DNA of 64,000 nucleotides from Gemmatimonadota bacterium (GCA_963666735.1 OY762926.1:1312001-1376000), one strand, 5' to 3'. Shown: positions 9,385-18,794, counted from the stretch's first letter. The notes: generated by a model from the letters alone, not told the origin. Numbers and translations: made by a program.

Positions 9385-10497
9385 TTGTCAACGGTTCTCG
9401 ACTCGCACGCCACCCATCTCAGTTTCCTGCTGGACGGGATCTGCCGTGCGATCCAGCTGACCGCGACCCAGCAGGAGGACGCCAAGCGAAAGTACGAAGC
9501 GGTGTCGAAGTGGCTTGCGGACCCCCACAGCGCGCTACAGCGATTCAATCCGCAGGTCTTTCCTCAGGGATCCGTCGCGATCGGTACCACAACGAAGCCT
9601 GTGGGGCGTGAGGACCACGATGTCGACTCCGTCGCGCTGCTCCACGGGAGCTTCGATGCGATGGAACTCTACGAGTTAGTCCATGATCGGCTCAGGGAGC
9701 ACGCGGATTACCGCCGGATCCTCGAGCCGAAGAAGCGCTGCCTTCGGCTGAACTACGCGGGAGACATTCATCTCGACGTGCTGCCAGCGCAGCCCCGTCG
9801 GTGGATCACCGAAACCGGACTGCTCGTGCCCGACCGGGAACTGCAGGACTGGTCTCCCAGCGATCCAAAGGGCTTCATCGCCTGGTTTGGCCACATCTCC
9901 CGCCGTCCATACCGGGAAATCAGACTCGGCGTCGAACCACTCCCCGAGCCCGAGGACGCCGACGCCAAGAGCCCGTTGCAGCGTGCCGTTCAGCTGCTGA
10001 AGCGTCGGCGCGACGTGTTCTTCAACGGCAATCAGGATGCCGCGCGGTCCATCGTCCTCACCACGCTCGCGGCCCGATCGCACGGAGGAGAACGAACTGA
10101 AATCGAAGCCCTCACGGCAGCACTCGATTCCATGGCCTCCGAGATATCGGCCAGCCCGGGAATCCTGGTGGTTCTAAACCCGACGCTACCCGACGAGAAT
10201 TTCGGCGATGGCTGGGATGCGAACTCATACGCGCAGTTCGAGCGGTTCGTGCGCAGTTTCCGGGACGAGGTCAGCAAGCTCCAAAGACTCTCTGGCCCCG
10301 ATCTTACGGCAGAACTGAGCCGGATGTTCGGCGAGCGGCCGGCGACCCGAGCCGCCGAGCAGTGGGGCGAGCACCTACGCCGCCAACGTGAAGCCAAGCG
10401 TCTGCACGTTAGTAGCATCGGCCTAGTGACAGCTGCCGGACGCGGGACACAACCCGTGCCGCCACACAACTTCTACGGCGGTGCGAGTAACCCGTGA
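9385..10497 (+). CDS. CBASS CD-NTase (cGAS/DncV-like cyclic oligonucleotide synthase)
   Basis: FPQGSVAIGTTTKP...DHDVD nucleotidyltransferase motif, HLDVLPA, SDPKG, C-terminal HNFYGG-ASNP. TTG 9385 lies 7 nt after a GAGGAGG RBS (the ORF track starts at 9379). Confidence 0.92.
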   Translation: MSTVLDSHATHLSFLLDGICRAIQLTATQQEDAKRKYEAVSKWLADPHSALQRFNPQVFPQGSVAIGTTTKPVGREDHDVDSVALLHGSFDAMELYELVHDRLREHADYRRILEPKKRCLRLNYAGDIHLDVLPAQPRRWITETGLLVPDRELQDWSPSDPKGFIAWFGHISRRPYREIRLGVEPLPEPEDADAKSPLQRAVQLLKRRRDVFFNGNQDAARSIVLTTLAARSHGGERTEIEALTAALDSMASEISASPGILVVLNPTLPDENFGDGWDANSYAQFERFVRSFRDEVSKLQRLSGPDLTAELSRMFGERPATRAAEQWGEHLRRQREAKRLHVSSIGLVTAAGRGTQPVPPHNFYGGASNP

Positions 10498-10946
10498 GGC
10501 GACGTCCGCCACGGTTCCGGCGCCGTAGTGTGGGATTGCACGAGCAGCGCGCCGCGATGCTGTATCGGTGGCCAGACTTCACATCCCATGTCGACGCGGG
10601 TCGTCTTACGTGCGAAGGGCGACTCCGTCCGACTCCGCTCGGTGCAAACTACCGTGTCCGAGTGCGATACACGGTGGGCCGACGCCCTCGAGCGTCGGTG
10701 CTCGATCCCCGGCTCCGTCGCCGAGAACAACAGCCACACGAACCGATCCCTCACACGTTCAATGATCGGTTTCCCGGCCGGGAGGAACCGTGCCTGCACT
10801 ACCGGGGCGAGTTTCGGTCGGATCGGCTGCTCGCCGGCACGATTCTACCCTGGTTCGCCGAATGGCTCGCTCACTACGAGATATGGCGCGCAACCGGAGT
10901 CTGGACGGGAGGGGGCGTGGAACACCGGAACGGAGCAAAGCACTGA
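10494..10946 (+). CDS. CBASS E2-like protein (type II-short, E2-only Cap2)
   Basis: GTGA-coupled to the CD-NTase; PH..., PCLH, ILPWFAEWLAHYEIWRATGVWTGGG signature. Confidence 0.85.
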   Translation: MRRRPPRFRRRSVGLHEQRAAMLYRWPDFTSHVDAGRLTCEGRLRPTPLGANYRVRVRYTVGRRPRASVLDPRLRRREQQPHEPIPHTFNDRFPGREEPCLHYRGEFRSDRLLAGTILPWFAEWLAHYEIWRATGVWTGGGVEHRNGAKH

Positions 10947-11956
10947 GCGATCGGGCCTCGGGGCGTACTCGTCCGTTCGAACCGATTGGGGACCGTCGAT
11001 TCCGAATCCTGAGTCTCGACGGCGGTGGCATCAAAGGCACGTTCACGGCGTCCGTCTTGGCGACCATCGAGGAGATGACCGAGAAGAATGTAGCCGAGCA
11101 CTTCGACCTAGTCGTCGGGACTTCCACCGGCGGGATCATCGCACTGGCTCTGGGTCTCGGTCTCCCGGCCCACCGAATTCGGGATCTCTATGTGAAGGAC
11201 GGTCCGCAGATCTTCGGAGCGACGGGTGTTCGCGGATCGTTTCGCAGATTCTTCCGGGCGAAGCACGATTCGAGACGGCTGCGGGAGGCGCTCAATGGGG
11301 AGTTTGGCGCTTGCCGATTCGGTGAGTCCACGACTCGCTTGGTGATTCCCTCGTTCAATGTCGTGTCCGGCGATGTACATCTGTTCAAGACCTCCCATCA
11401 TCCTCGCTTCAAGCGTGACTATCTCTGGAAGGTGAAGGACGTGGCGATGGCCACCTCCGCAGCCCCGACATACTTCTCGATCTTCCATCATGAGGCATCC
11501 GGTCTCCGGCTCGTTGATGGCGGGGTGTGGGCGAACAATCCGGTCGCGGTTGGCGTGAACGAGGCAATCGGCGTGCTCAGGTGCGCACTCGATGGCATCG
11601 AAGTCCTCAGCATTGGCACGACGGGGGCTCCGTTTCACATCAAGCCGAAGAAGCGACATGGCGGCCTACTCGGATGGGGGCGTAGTTCGATCCGGCTTCT
11701 GATGGAGGCCCAAACGCAGGGCATGGCTGGACTCGCGCACGCAATCACACAGCATGATCAGCGGCTACTCCGAGTCGATCCGACGGTCGCGCCGGGGCGA
11801 TTCTCCTTGGACGATCCGAAGCAGATCTCGGAACTCAGGGCGGTTGGGGAGGAGGCGGCGAGACACGCGGAGCGGCGAGTCAATGAACGCTTCCTTGACG
11901 AGCCCGCCCCGGCCTTCGAGCCCTATCGAGTTCTTTCGACCGAGGCCCGAAGCTGA
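10943..11956 (+). CDS. Patatin-like phospholipase CBASS effector (CapV-like)
   Basis: LDGGGIKG, GTSTGG, DGG motifs. Start uncertain: an in-frame CTG overlaps the E2 stop and follows GGAG. Confidence 0.88.
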   Translation: MSDRASGRTRPFEPIGDRRFRILSLDGGGIKGTFTASVLATIEEMTEKNVAEHFDLVVGTSTGGIIALALGLGLPAHRIRDLYVKDGPQIFGATGVRGSFRRFFRAKHDSRRLREALNGEFGACRFGESTTRLVIPSFNVVSGDVHLFKTSHHPRFKRDYLWKVKDVAMATSAAPTYFSIFHHEASGLRLVDGGVWANNPVAVGVNEAIGVLRCALDGIEVLSIGTTGAPFHIKPKKRHGGLLGWGRSSIRLLMEAQTQGMAGLAHAITQHDQRLLRVDPTVAPGRFSLDDPKQISELRAVGEEAARHAERRVNERFLDEPAPAFEPYRVLSTEARS

Positions 11957-12038
11957 TCGGGCCAGACGTTCAGACGACCTGTATGCCGATCGTGGCGAGG
12001 ATGTCTTGGATGTAGGTGTTCCGGTCCTCTTGAAAGAA

Positions 12039-13430
12039 GGTTCTTCGCTGTTTCAGGTGGGTAGTTTGAAGTCGAGTTTGCCGCACACGAGATAGGCGAT
12101 GGTGATGAAGTTCTCGGCGGTTCGATAGCCCCGGGCCCTGGCCTTGGCGGCCTGGACGAGCGAGTTGATGCCCTCGATCATGCCGTTGGTGATCCTCGAG
12201 CGGAACCAGAGGAGGATGCCGTCCCGGTGCTTCCCGATCGTCTTCGCCGCGTCGATGACGGGTTGGAGATCGCTCTTGCCGGCCCGGAAACACCATCTCT
12301 CGAGGTAGACGCCGGCCAGCCGGGGCGGGAGATCCCAGAACGCCTCGAAGGCGAGCTTGAACCGGTAGGCGAGAGCCGTCTTCAGGTTCCGCCGCGACGG
12401 ATCGAGCAGTTCGCCGATCCACTCGCGCTGGGAGGCGGTGAGCCCGCCGCGCCTCTTGAGCCACAGGTAGCGGGTGCGGTTCAGCTCGGGGCGCTCCCTG
12501 CGCTCGGCCCGCCTAACCTCGTCCACCGCCCGGTTCATGAGCCGCTGGACGTGGAAACGGTCGAAGGTGATCCCGGCCTCCGGGAACGCCTCCCGCGCCC
12601 CCTTCATGTACGCCGCCGACATGTCCATGCAGAGATCCCGGACGCTCCCGGCCCGGCCCCCGTGCGCCTCGAGGTCCTCCCGGAACAGGCTCACGACCGA
12701 GGCGTCGCGCCCCGGCGTCGCGTACAGCAGCCGCGAACGGTCCAGGTCGGCGAACAGCGTGATGTAGTCGTGGCCCCGCCGGCACGCCGTCTCGTCCACG
12801 GCCACCGCGCGCACCGACGAGAAGTCCGCCTCCGCCCGCGCCCGTCCCACGTGGCGCTTCAGAAGCCGCCACAGCCGCGTGTCGTGCTCGCCCACCAGCC
12901 GGGCCACCGCCCTGACCGGCATCTCCCGCGCCAGGGCCACCACCAGAGCCTCGAACCACAGCGTGAAGCCCGAACCCGGCTCCGCCCACGGCACCCTCGC
13001 CCGCCTCACTCCGCACGCCGGACACCTCACCCTCGGCACCCGCGCGTGCAGGTAGGCCCGGTGCTGAAAGAAGTCCAGGTGCCGCCAGCGCTTCGGGCTC
13101 GAGTCGTGCGCCTTGCAGCCCCCGCGCCCACACGAGCGGCAGTCGAACGTCCCGCCCGGGCTCGAAGTCCAGATGCAGGTCCAAGCGGCGCTCCGCCGCG
13201 TCGAACTCCGTCCGCTTCACCCGCCACGGCCACTCGAGTCCCAGCGCCCGCTCGAACAGTCCCCGCTCCGCCATGCCGCCGTCCCGCCCGGCCGCTCCGA
13301 GTCCCCCAACCGCCCCCGGCCGGCCCCGGAGACCACCGGGCGCGTCACGGACCCGCGAGGGCACCCGACGGCCACCGCCGCCGGCCCCGCCACTCTACCA
13401 CCCCTCATCCACCCCGAACAGCGAAGAGCC
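12039..13430 (-). mobile_element. ISL3-family insertion sequence, 1392 bp
   Basis: Imperfect terminal IRs GGTTCTTCGCTGTTTCAGGTGG / GGCTCTTCGCTGTTCGGGGTGG; 8-bp target duplication TGAAAGAA at 12031-12038 and 13431-13438. Confidence 0.93.
12053..13274 (-). pseudogene. ISL3 transposase with a single frameshift near 13155
   Basis: N-terminus MAERGLFERALGLEWPW... is in one frame. The zinc finger and DDE core (VDET, CMDMS, FDRFHV, TNGMIEGINS) are in another. Confidence 0.85.
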
Positions 13431-13843
13431 TGAAAGAAGGTGTTCCGCTTGCTGAGACCCACCTTGGTGTCGCCCCAGAGGTTTCTTATCTCCGCGTAAG
13501 TCGTTACCGACACGATGAAAAAATCCAGCGTGGCGGTGGGGTCGCCGAGGCGCCGCTCGATCCCCTTGATCTTCTGGTGGAACCGGACCTTCGGGCCGTA
13601 AGGCGCTTCTTGACGCAGCCCCTTCGGATCGATGAACGCGATCCGCTGGCGGCCTTCGCCGGCGGTCCAAAGGACGAAATCCGGGTGGAAGTTCGAGGTC
13701 TCGAAGAAGCTCACGCCGCGCCTGCAACTCATGTTCCGCATGAGCTGAAGGTCCGTGCTTTCGAGTCGATCTCGGTTATCCGCGCAGAACCGCTCCAGAT
13801 CTTGGACGAGCGTGTACTCCCCGCGTTTAGGTGGAGGGGGCGG

Positions 13844-14104
13844 CACGATGTCGTCGGCGATCCCTCCTTCGGCGACGCCATCCTCGACCGCCTCCTCAAC
13901 AACGCTCACAGGATCACCCTCAAGGGCGCTTCCATGACGAGGCTCTACGACTCGACGAAGGCCGGTACAAGCCGGTAGACTCCAACCCTCGAGCCCGACA
14001 CCCCGGCCCCGTCATGACCCTCCGCTCCTCCAAGGTGATCGGCATGCGTCGGAATCACCGATTCGGCTTGCCGGAATCGGTGGTCGGCATCGTCGGAATA
14101 CGCA
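13844..14104 (+). mobile_element. istB: IS21-family remnant: istB 3' end plus right end
   Basis: HDVVGDPSFGDAILDRLLNNAHRITLKGASM...* (stop 13978), then repeated CGGAAT-containing motifs ending ...CGGAATACGCA (terminal CA). Confidence 0.8.
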
Positions 14105-14190
14105 CGACCGCTCCCTGGCGCTACGGATCGGAGCAGTACAGATTATTACGTTTGCGATGTTCACCATGAGATGCCAAGAACGTTACCAAG

Positions 14191-15189
14191 ATGATATTTC
14201 GACACCCAGACATACCAGAACTTACAAGCAGATGTCGGCAGGGAACCGTCATTCTCGTATCGGCCCCTTTCTACAGTGAGGAGGGGTTACAGTGGATCTT
14301 GCCGTCGAATGAGAGCGCCGTTGAGTTCTGGACCCGACTCAACCCACACGATTGGGCGGTCGGTGTGTCCGATCCTCCAGCCCTCTTACGGTATCTTGAC
14401 GAAATAGGCGAAGATCGTGTTTCTCTGCGGGTTCACCGAGCTTTGCACGCTAAGATCTATCAGGTTGACGGGGACTGGGCGTGGATCGGCTCTCCTAACC
14501 TTACACGATCTGCGTTTACGAGCAACATTGAATTGGTTGCCGAATTGGACGCTGCGGAAAGCAGGCTCCTTGAGAACTTTGTCGAAGATCTTCGCAGTAG
14601 TTTGAAGGAGATATCTCTCGCAACCCTTCGCTCCTTTATCGACGTTACGAAGGATGCAATCGACCAGTTCGACGATGCTCGTTTTTTCGAGACTGAAGAT
14701 TTCAAAGCAGCCGTCGCTTTGGCGGACGAAGTCCTTGCTCCCAATCCAACGCTTCGGCCTTCCGACAAGTTACCTGCTCTCGAGGATTTCGTCGCTTTCA
14801 TCGAGCCGCTGCGTGGCGACGTGCCGAGCGTTGTCAGGGATCACCATAGCAACGAAAGTGGCCAGAATAGGCAGGGGCACGTTAGGCAATCCTACTACGC
14901 GTTATTTCTATTTCTTACCAATCCAAGAGGAAGTCGACTCGTTGAGGAGCTCGGGATGTGTGACCTAGATGTATATCCCACCTTACCTCCAGATTTTTTG
15001 AACACCTGGGTTCGTTTTCTCGACGATAACGCCTCGCACCACAATGATCATATCGGATACTCGTTTTCCGTTCTCCGCAATATACTTCCAGAACGTATGG
15101 GAGGATATCTCACGGCTGGAGGGGGAGCAATCGGCACCTTTACGCGCATGGTGCCACTCGTTGCACGCTTTTGCGTGAGTAAACACTGA
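14191..15189 (+). CDS. PLD-superfamily (single HKD) nuclease-like protein
   Basis: LHAKIYQVDGDWAWIGSPNLT...NIE motif, N-terminal SAPF; markedly lower GC than its flanks. Confidence 0.8.
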   Translation: MIFRHPDIPELTSRCRQGTVILVSAPFYSEEGLQWILPSNESAVEFWTRLNPHDWAVGVSDPPALLRYLDEIGEDRVSLRVHRALHAKIYQVDGDWAWIGSPNLTRSAFTSNIELVAELDAAESRLLENFVEDLRSSLKEISLATLRSFIDVTKDAIDQFDDARFFETEDFKAAVALADEVLAPNPTLRPSDKLPALEDFVAFIEPLRGDVPSVVRDHHSNESGQNRQGHVRQSYYALFLFLTNPRGSRLVEELGMCDLDVYPTLPPDFLNTWVRFLDDNASHHNDHIGYSFSVLRNILPERMGGYLTAGGGAIGTFTRMVPLVARFCVSKH

Positions 15190-15228
15190 ATGCGTCCGAT
15201 CCCAATGCGTGAGGCTGATTCGTCGATT

Positions 15229-18200
15229 TCATGAAGCGGGCACGCCGATGGCCGTGAGGATGTCACTGATGTAGGTGGCGCGATCCTCCTGGAAGAAGAT
15301 GTTACGCTTGGCAAGATCCGTCTTGTTCTCGCTCCACAGGTTCTTGAGGTCGGCGAACGACGTGACCGAGACGATGCACGAGTCCAACGTGACGGTGGGG
15401 TCGCCAAGCCGCCGTTCAATCTCTTTGATCTTCTCATGGAACCGGACCTTTGGGCCGTGCGGCGGCTCCTGCCTCATCCCCTTCGGATCGATGAACGCAA
15501 TGCGCTGGCAGCCCCTCCCCGTCGCCCAGAGGATGAAATCCGGATGGAAGTTGGAGGCCTCGAAGAAACTCAGACCGCGCCCGCGGCTCATGTTCCGCAT
15601 AAGATGAAGATTTATGCCATCCAGTCGGTCTCGGTTGTCCGCACAGAACCGCTCCAGATCCTGAACGAAGGTGTACTCGCCGCAGTTGAGTGGAGCAGGC
15701 GATACCCTAGCCAAGCTGTTGTTCGTCGTCGAAAGGAGAGGTCGGTAGAGATGGCGATCAAATGATATCGTCCTCACGTCGCCGTGTTGGTGCGGGTCGC
15801 GACGGCCGGCTTCCGCGTCTTCGATGAGCTGATCGATGGCCGCTGCAATCTCCGCGTCGGCCTCCGCATCTCCAGATCTGCCAATCTCGATCTCGTACCC
15901 CGTCTTGAGGGCCTCTTGGATGGCCACCGCCGGATAGCTGGGGTCGTCATAGTCCAGATCGCGATACTCGAGGTGTCGTGCCTCCCACGCCTGGCGACTC
16001 GCCGCGTAGAAGCGCGCCGCGTACTTCTTGAGTAGAGCGAGAGTGATGTCGCGCCAGACGCGGACCTTCCCGTAGTCGTCGAATTCCAGCTCGAGCGCAG
16101 GAATGCGGAGCCGATACCAGCTGGAGCCCACCTCGCCGCTGTCGTCAAGAAGCGCACGAATCGCTTCTTGGGATACGGTCAGATTGTGCCAACCCCGCTC
16201 CACCTTATGGCGTTGCAGGTCGATAAATAGTTCGTCCAAGTCGAGATGTTCGACGTGCCTGCGCGTGAGCAGCCCTTGGTGCGGCGCCTCTCGCACGGAC
16301 TCTCCTCCGGCTCCTTCTGAGCGGCGCACACGAATCTTCGGATACCAATCGACGACGACCGGATGCCGCAACAGGTAGGTATCAACTTCGGGGGAAGCAC
16401 CGGCACCCGGGGGCCGCAGTATGGCGTTCGGGCCGATCCTCGTGAAGGCGCTCGCGGGGTCCGTTCCCGCCACGGTTTCCTTGAGGCGGATCACCTTCAG
16501 CGCGGGTGCAGGGAGCGGTTCCAGTGTGACGGGTACGAAGCGGGGCTTCCGCTCGGTGTCAAGCCCTTCCTCCTCCAGAATGGCTCTGAACTGCGCCATG
16601 TAGTTGGCCCGTACGCCGAAGACTTGGAGAGTTTCCAAGGGGTTCAGGGAAACCGGCGGCTTTCCGAGAGCAGGCCCGAGCCGGGAACTACGCTTCAACG
16701 TCCAGTCCCGACCCTTGAGCCGGACGCCGCGGCCGAACAACTGAATGATCGTCGCCCCCTCGGTGCTCCCCACACGCATAAGGCCCATGGAACTAACGCG
16801 CCAGCTGTTCCAACCTTCGTTGAACTTCTTCGCGCCCACGAGGAGGTTCACCGTCGAATCGTCGTTGTTGATGCCGTGGAAGAGGGAGCCGGCGAACTGC
16901 CCGTCCACAACACGGAAACCCAACCCATCGAGGTGCTTGGCCAGCTTCGCGGGATCCCCCACGTTGATGACGCCGAACGGCTCATTGTCTCCGACGGTCA
17001 GCGCCAATTCTCCCTGTGCGCCCTCAAGGCGCGCGATGTGAAGCGATCCGCCGTCCGGAGCGTTGAAGAGGAGTTGGAGGGTCTCATCATAGACTGCATC
17101 CGCCGACAAGCCCTTCGACTTGAGCGCGACGAACTGCCCCTTGAACAGATCTTTCCCTTCGCTCGCGACCAGCCCGTCTGCCAGTATCTCGCGGATGCGG
17201 CTGACCACCGAAACGCGGTCCGATACGTAGTTGGCCAAGAACCCTAGTATATCCGCGATATCTGAGGCTTCCTTCGTGCTGAACCCGGCCACAACCCGGC
17301 TGCCGACGAACACCCACAGGGGGCGTTCAAGGTTGTACGGTCGCAGGGCAGAGCCACCCTCGCGGAAGAGGTGCTGCTGCTGAAAGAACGTTAGCAGCGC
17401 GGCGGTCAGGTACTTCGTGCGCCAAAGCTCGTTGCCGCGCTCCTGGCCCGGTTTTTCCTCCAGATTGAAGATCTTGAAGTCCTTGCCAAAGCCATCGTCG
17501 TGGAACCAGCGATACGAGTAATCGAACAGCGTCGCGCGGGCGTAACGGTCCGTCAGATCCCTGTTCCCCTTGACGGCCTGGGCAAAGGTCGCGGAGTACT
17601 CGAACGAGAACCCGTCGGCGCACAACTCGTCCCGCCTCCGAATCCACGCACCTGCCCTGCCCGACGAGGCCCCCCGGTGCCCCTCGTCAACGAGGACGAG
17701 GTTGTTGCCCTCGAACGCCTCGACCGGAACTGTCTTCTCGCCCCTACCGGCATCCCTGTCGTTCTCGTCCCGAAGCTTGTGCACATCCAGCACCTCGACC
17801 ACGGCCCCCGACAACAGACTGCCGTTCCTGTTGAACAATTCGGCGTTGATTCCGGCCGCTCGAAACTCCCGGATATGCTGCCGGGAGAGGCCCTCGTTCG
17901 GCGTAAGAAGGATCATGCGGTTCAGCGTGTGGATACGCCCGCCGGCCTTGAGGTGCCGCCGGTACTGGAGGATGTTGGCGTGCATGAGCAGCGTCTTGCC
18001 ACTGCCCGTCGCCATCTGGAACGCCACCTTGTTGAGTTGCGTGGCCGGATCCCCGTCCGGGTTGAACGCCGCGACTCGCTCGGCCTCCGGCAGAGATGCA
18101 TTGAACTGCTCCGCGTGGGACGCGAGTTCCGCTAGCAGCCCCGCCGGGTCCTCGAAGTACCGATCCAAGTAGATCTCCGTGAAGAGCAGCGACAGGTACT

Positions 18201-18525
18201 GGAAGTACTTCCACTTCAGCTCCGGCTCGCCTCGCTTGATACGCGGACGGTTAAGCCGTTGCGTGACTCCGACGATTGTCTGGTCATGCTCCAAGAGCCG
18301 GTCGTCCGGGAGCAAGGATCGCTGTTGCTCGGGTACATGCAGGCGCAGTGCTCGGTGCAGGCGGTGCACGTTGTCGGCATCCAATCCCTCAAGCGCCTCG
18401 TCTCGTAGATTGGCGGCCAACTGGTCGAAGGTCTCGCAACCAAACAGGCCAAGCAGCCACCGGTGGACGACGAGCTTGCGCGAGAAGGGGAGACGCGGCC
18501 TGGTCACGCGCCGTCCAGGCGTCAA
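15229..18525 (-). CDS. res: Type III restriction-modification Res subunit (SF2 helicase + PD-(D/E)xK nuclease)
   Basis: MATGSGKT, LVDEGH, EYSATF, QLFGRGVRL, C-terminal HPDF...FIDPKG. Confidence 0.92.
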   Translation of the reverse strand: MTPGRRVTRPRLPFSRKLVVHRWLLGLFGCETFDQLAANLRDEALEGLDADNVHRLHRALRLHVPEQQRSLLPDDRLLEHDQTIVGVTQRLNRPRIKRGEPELKWKYFQYLSLLFTEIYLDRYFEDPAGLLAELASHAEQFNASLPEAERVAAFNPDGDPATQLNKVAFQMATGSGKTLLMHANILQYRRHLKAGGRIHTLNRMILLTPNEGLSRQHIREFRAAGINAELFNRNGSLLSGAVVEVLDVHKLRDENDRDAGRGEKTVPVEAFEGNNLVLVDEGHRGASSGRAGAWIRRRDELCADGFSFEYSATFAQAVKGNRDLTDRYARATLFDYSYRWFHDDGFGKDFKIFNLEEKPGQERGNELWRTKYLTAALLTFFQQQHLFREGGSALRPYNLERPLWVFVGSRVVAGFSTKEASDIADILGFLANYVSDRVSVVSRIREILADGLVASEGKDLFKGQFVALKSKGLSADAVYDETLQLLFNAPDGGSLHIARLEGAQGELALTVGDNEPFGVINVGDPAKLAKHLDGLGFRVVDGQFAGSLFHGINNDDSTVNLLVGAKKFNEGWNSWRVSSMGLMRVGSTEGATIIQLFGRGVRLKGRDWTLKRSSRLGPALGKPPVSLNPLETLQVFGVRANYMAQFRAILEEEGLDTERKPRFVPVTLEPLPAPALKVIRLKETVAGTDPASAFTRIGPNAILRPPGAGASPEVDTYLLRHPVVVDWYPKIRVRRSEGAGGESVREAPHQGLLTRRHVEHLDLDELFIDLQRHKVERGWHNLTVSQEAIRALLDDSGEVGSSWYRLRIPALELEFDDYGKVRVWRDITLALLKKYAARFYAASRQAWEARHLEYRDLDYDDPSYPAVAIQEALKTGYEIEIGRSGDAEADAEIAAAIDQLIEDAEAGRRDPHQHGDVRTISFDRHLYRPLLSTTNNSLARVSPAPLNCGEYTFVQDLERFCADNRDRLDGINLHLMRNMSRGRGLSFFEASNFHPDFILWATGRGCQRIAFIDPKGMRQEPPHGPKVRFHEKIKEIERRLGDPTVTLDSCIVSVTSFADLKNLWSENKTDLAKRNIFFQEDRATYISDILTAIGVPAS

Positions 18526-18794
18526 CGGTCGTCCCTTCGCCCGCCCGCAGTCACGCGGCGGTTGGCCCTATCGATGTAGGTCCGCATTCCCTCGTTCCTC
18601 CCGCCCAAACTGGCATCCCGCCGCTCGCACACATCAATGGCGCGGCCCAACACCTTCCGGTCGACCATCTCTTGGTCCTCCAACAACGGCGAGGGATTTG
18701 AGCGCGATGCCAACGCCGCCGTACACCTACCTACCGGTTGCTTCCACGTCTCGATCTCCTCAGCAATCTCCTCATCGGCGAAAGTCACCGACAT
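18522..18794 (-). CDS. Hypothetical 90-aa protein between mod and res
   Basis: AGGGG RBS-like sequence; its stop overlaps the res TTG start. Confidence 0.5.
   Translation of the reverse strand: MSVTFADEEIAEEIETWKQPVGRCTAALASRSNPSPLLEDQEMVDRKVLGRAIDVCERRDASLGGRNEGMRTYIDRANRRVTAGGRRDDR

Larger units (their letters stand above)
11970..13846 (-). pseudogene. Orphan 3' fragment of a type III Res gene, interrupted by ISL3
   Basis: 13846-13431 joined to 12030-11970 reads GEYTLVQDLERFCADNRDRL...HPDF...FIDPKG...KRNTFFQEDRNTYIQDILATIGIQVV*, paralogous to the end of the intact Res. Confidence 0.85.

Noticed and set aside
9097..9460. Small ORFs (69-90 aa) upstream of the CD-NTase as a possible CapH/CapW-like regulator
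   Set aside because: They show no HTH or WYL features and no RBS, and they overlap the promoter, operators and leader.
10790..10942. ORF-track N-terminal extension of the patatin
   Set aside because: It overlaps the conserved E2 C-terminus in another frame. A coupled start near 10943 is more plausible.
12227..13978. 583-aa plus-strand ORF
   Set aside because: It is mostly antisense to the transposase and the res fragment. Only its last ~44 codons are a real istB remnant.
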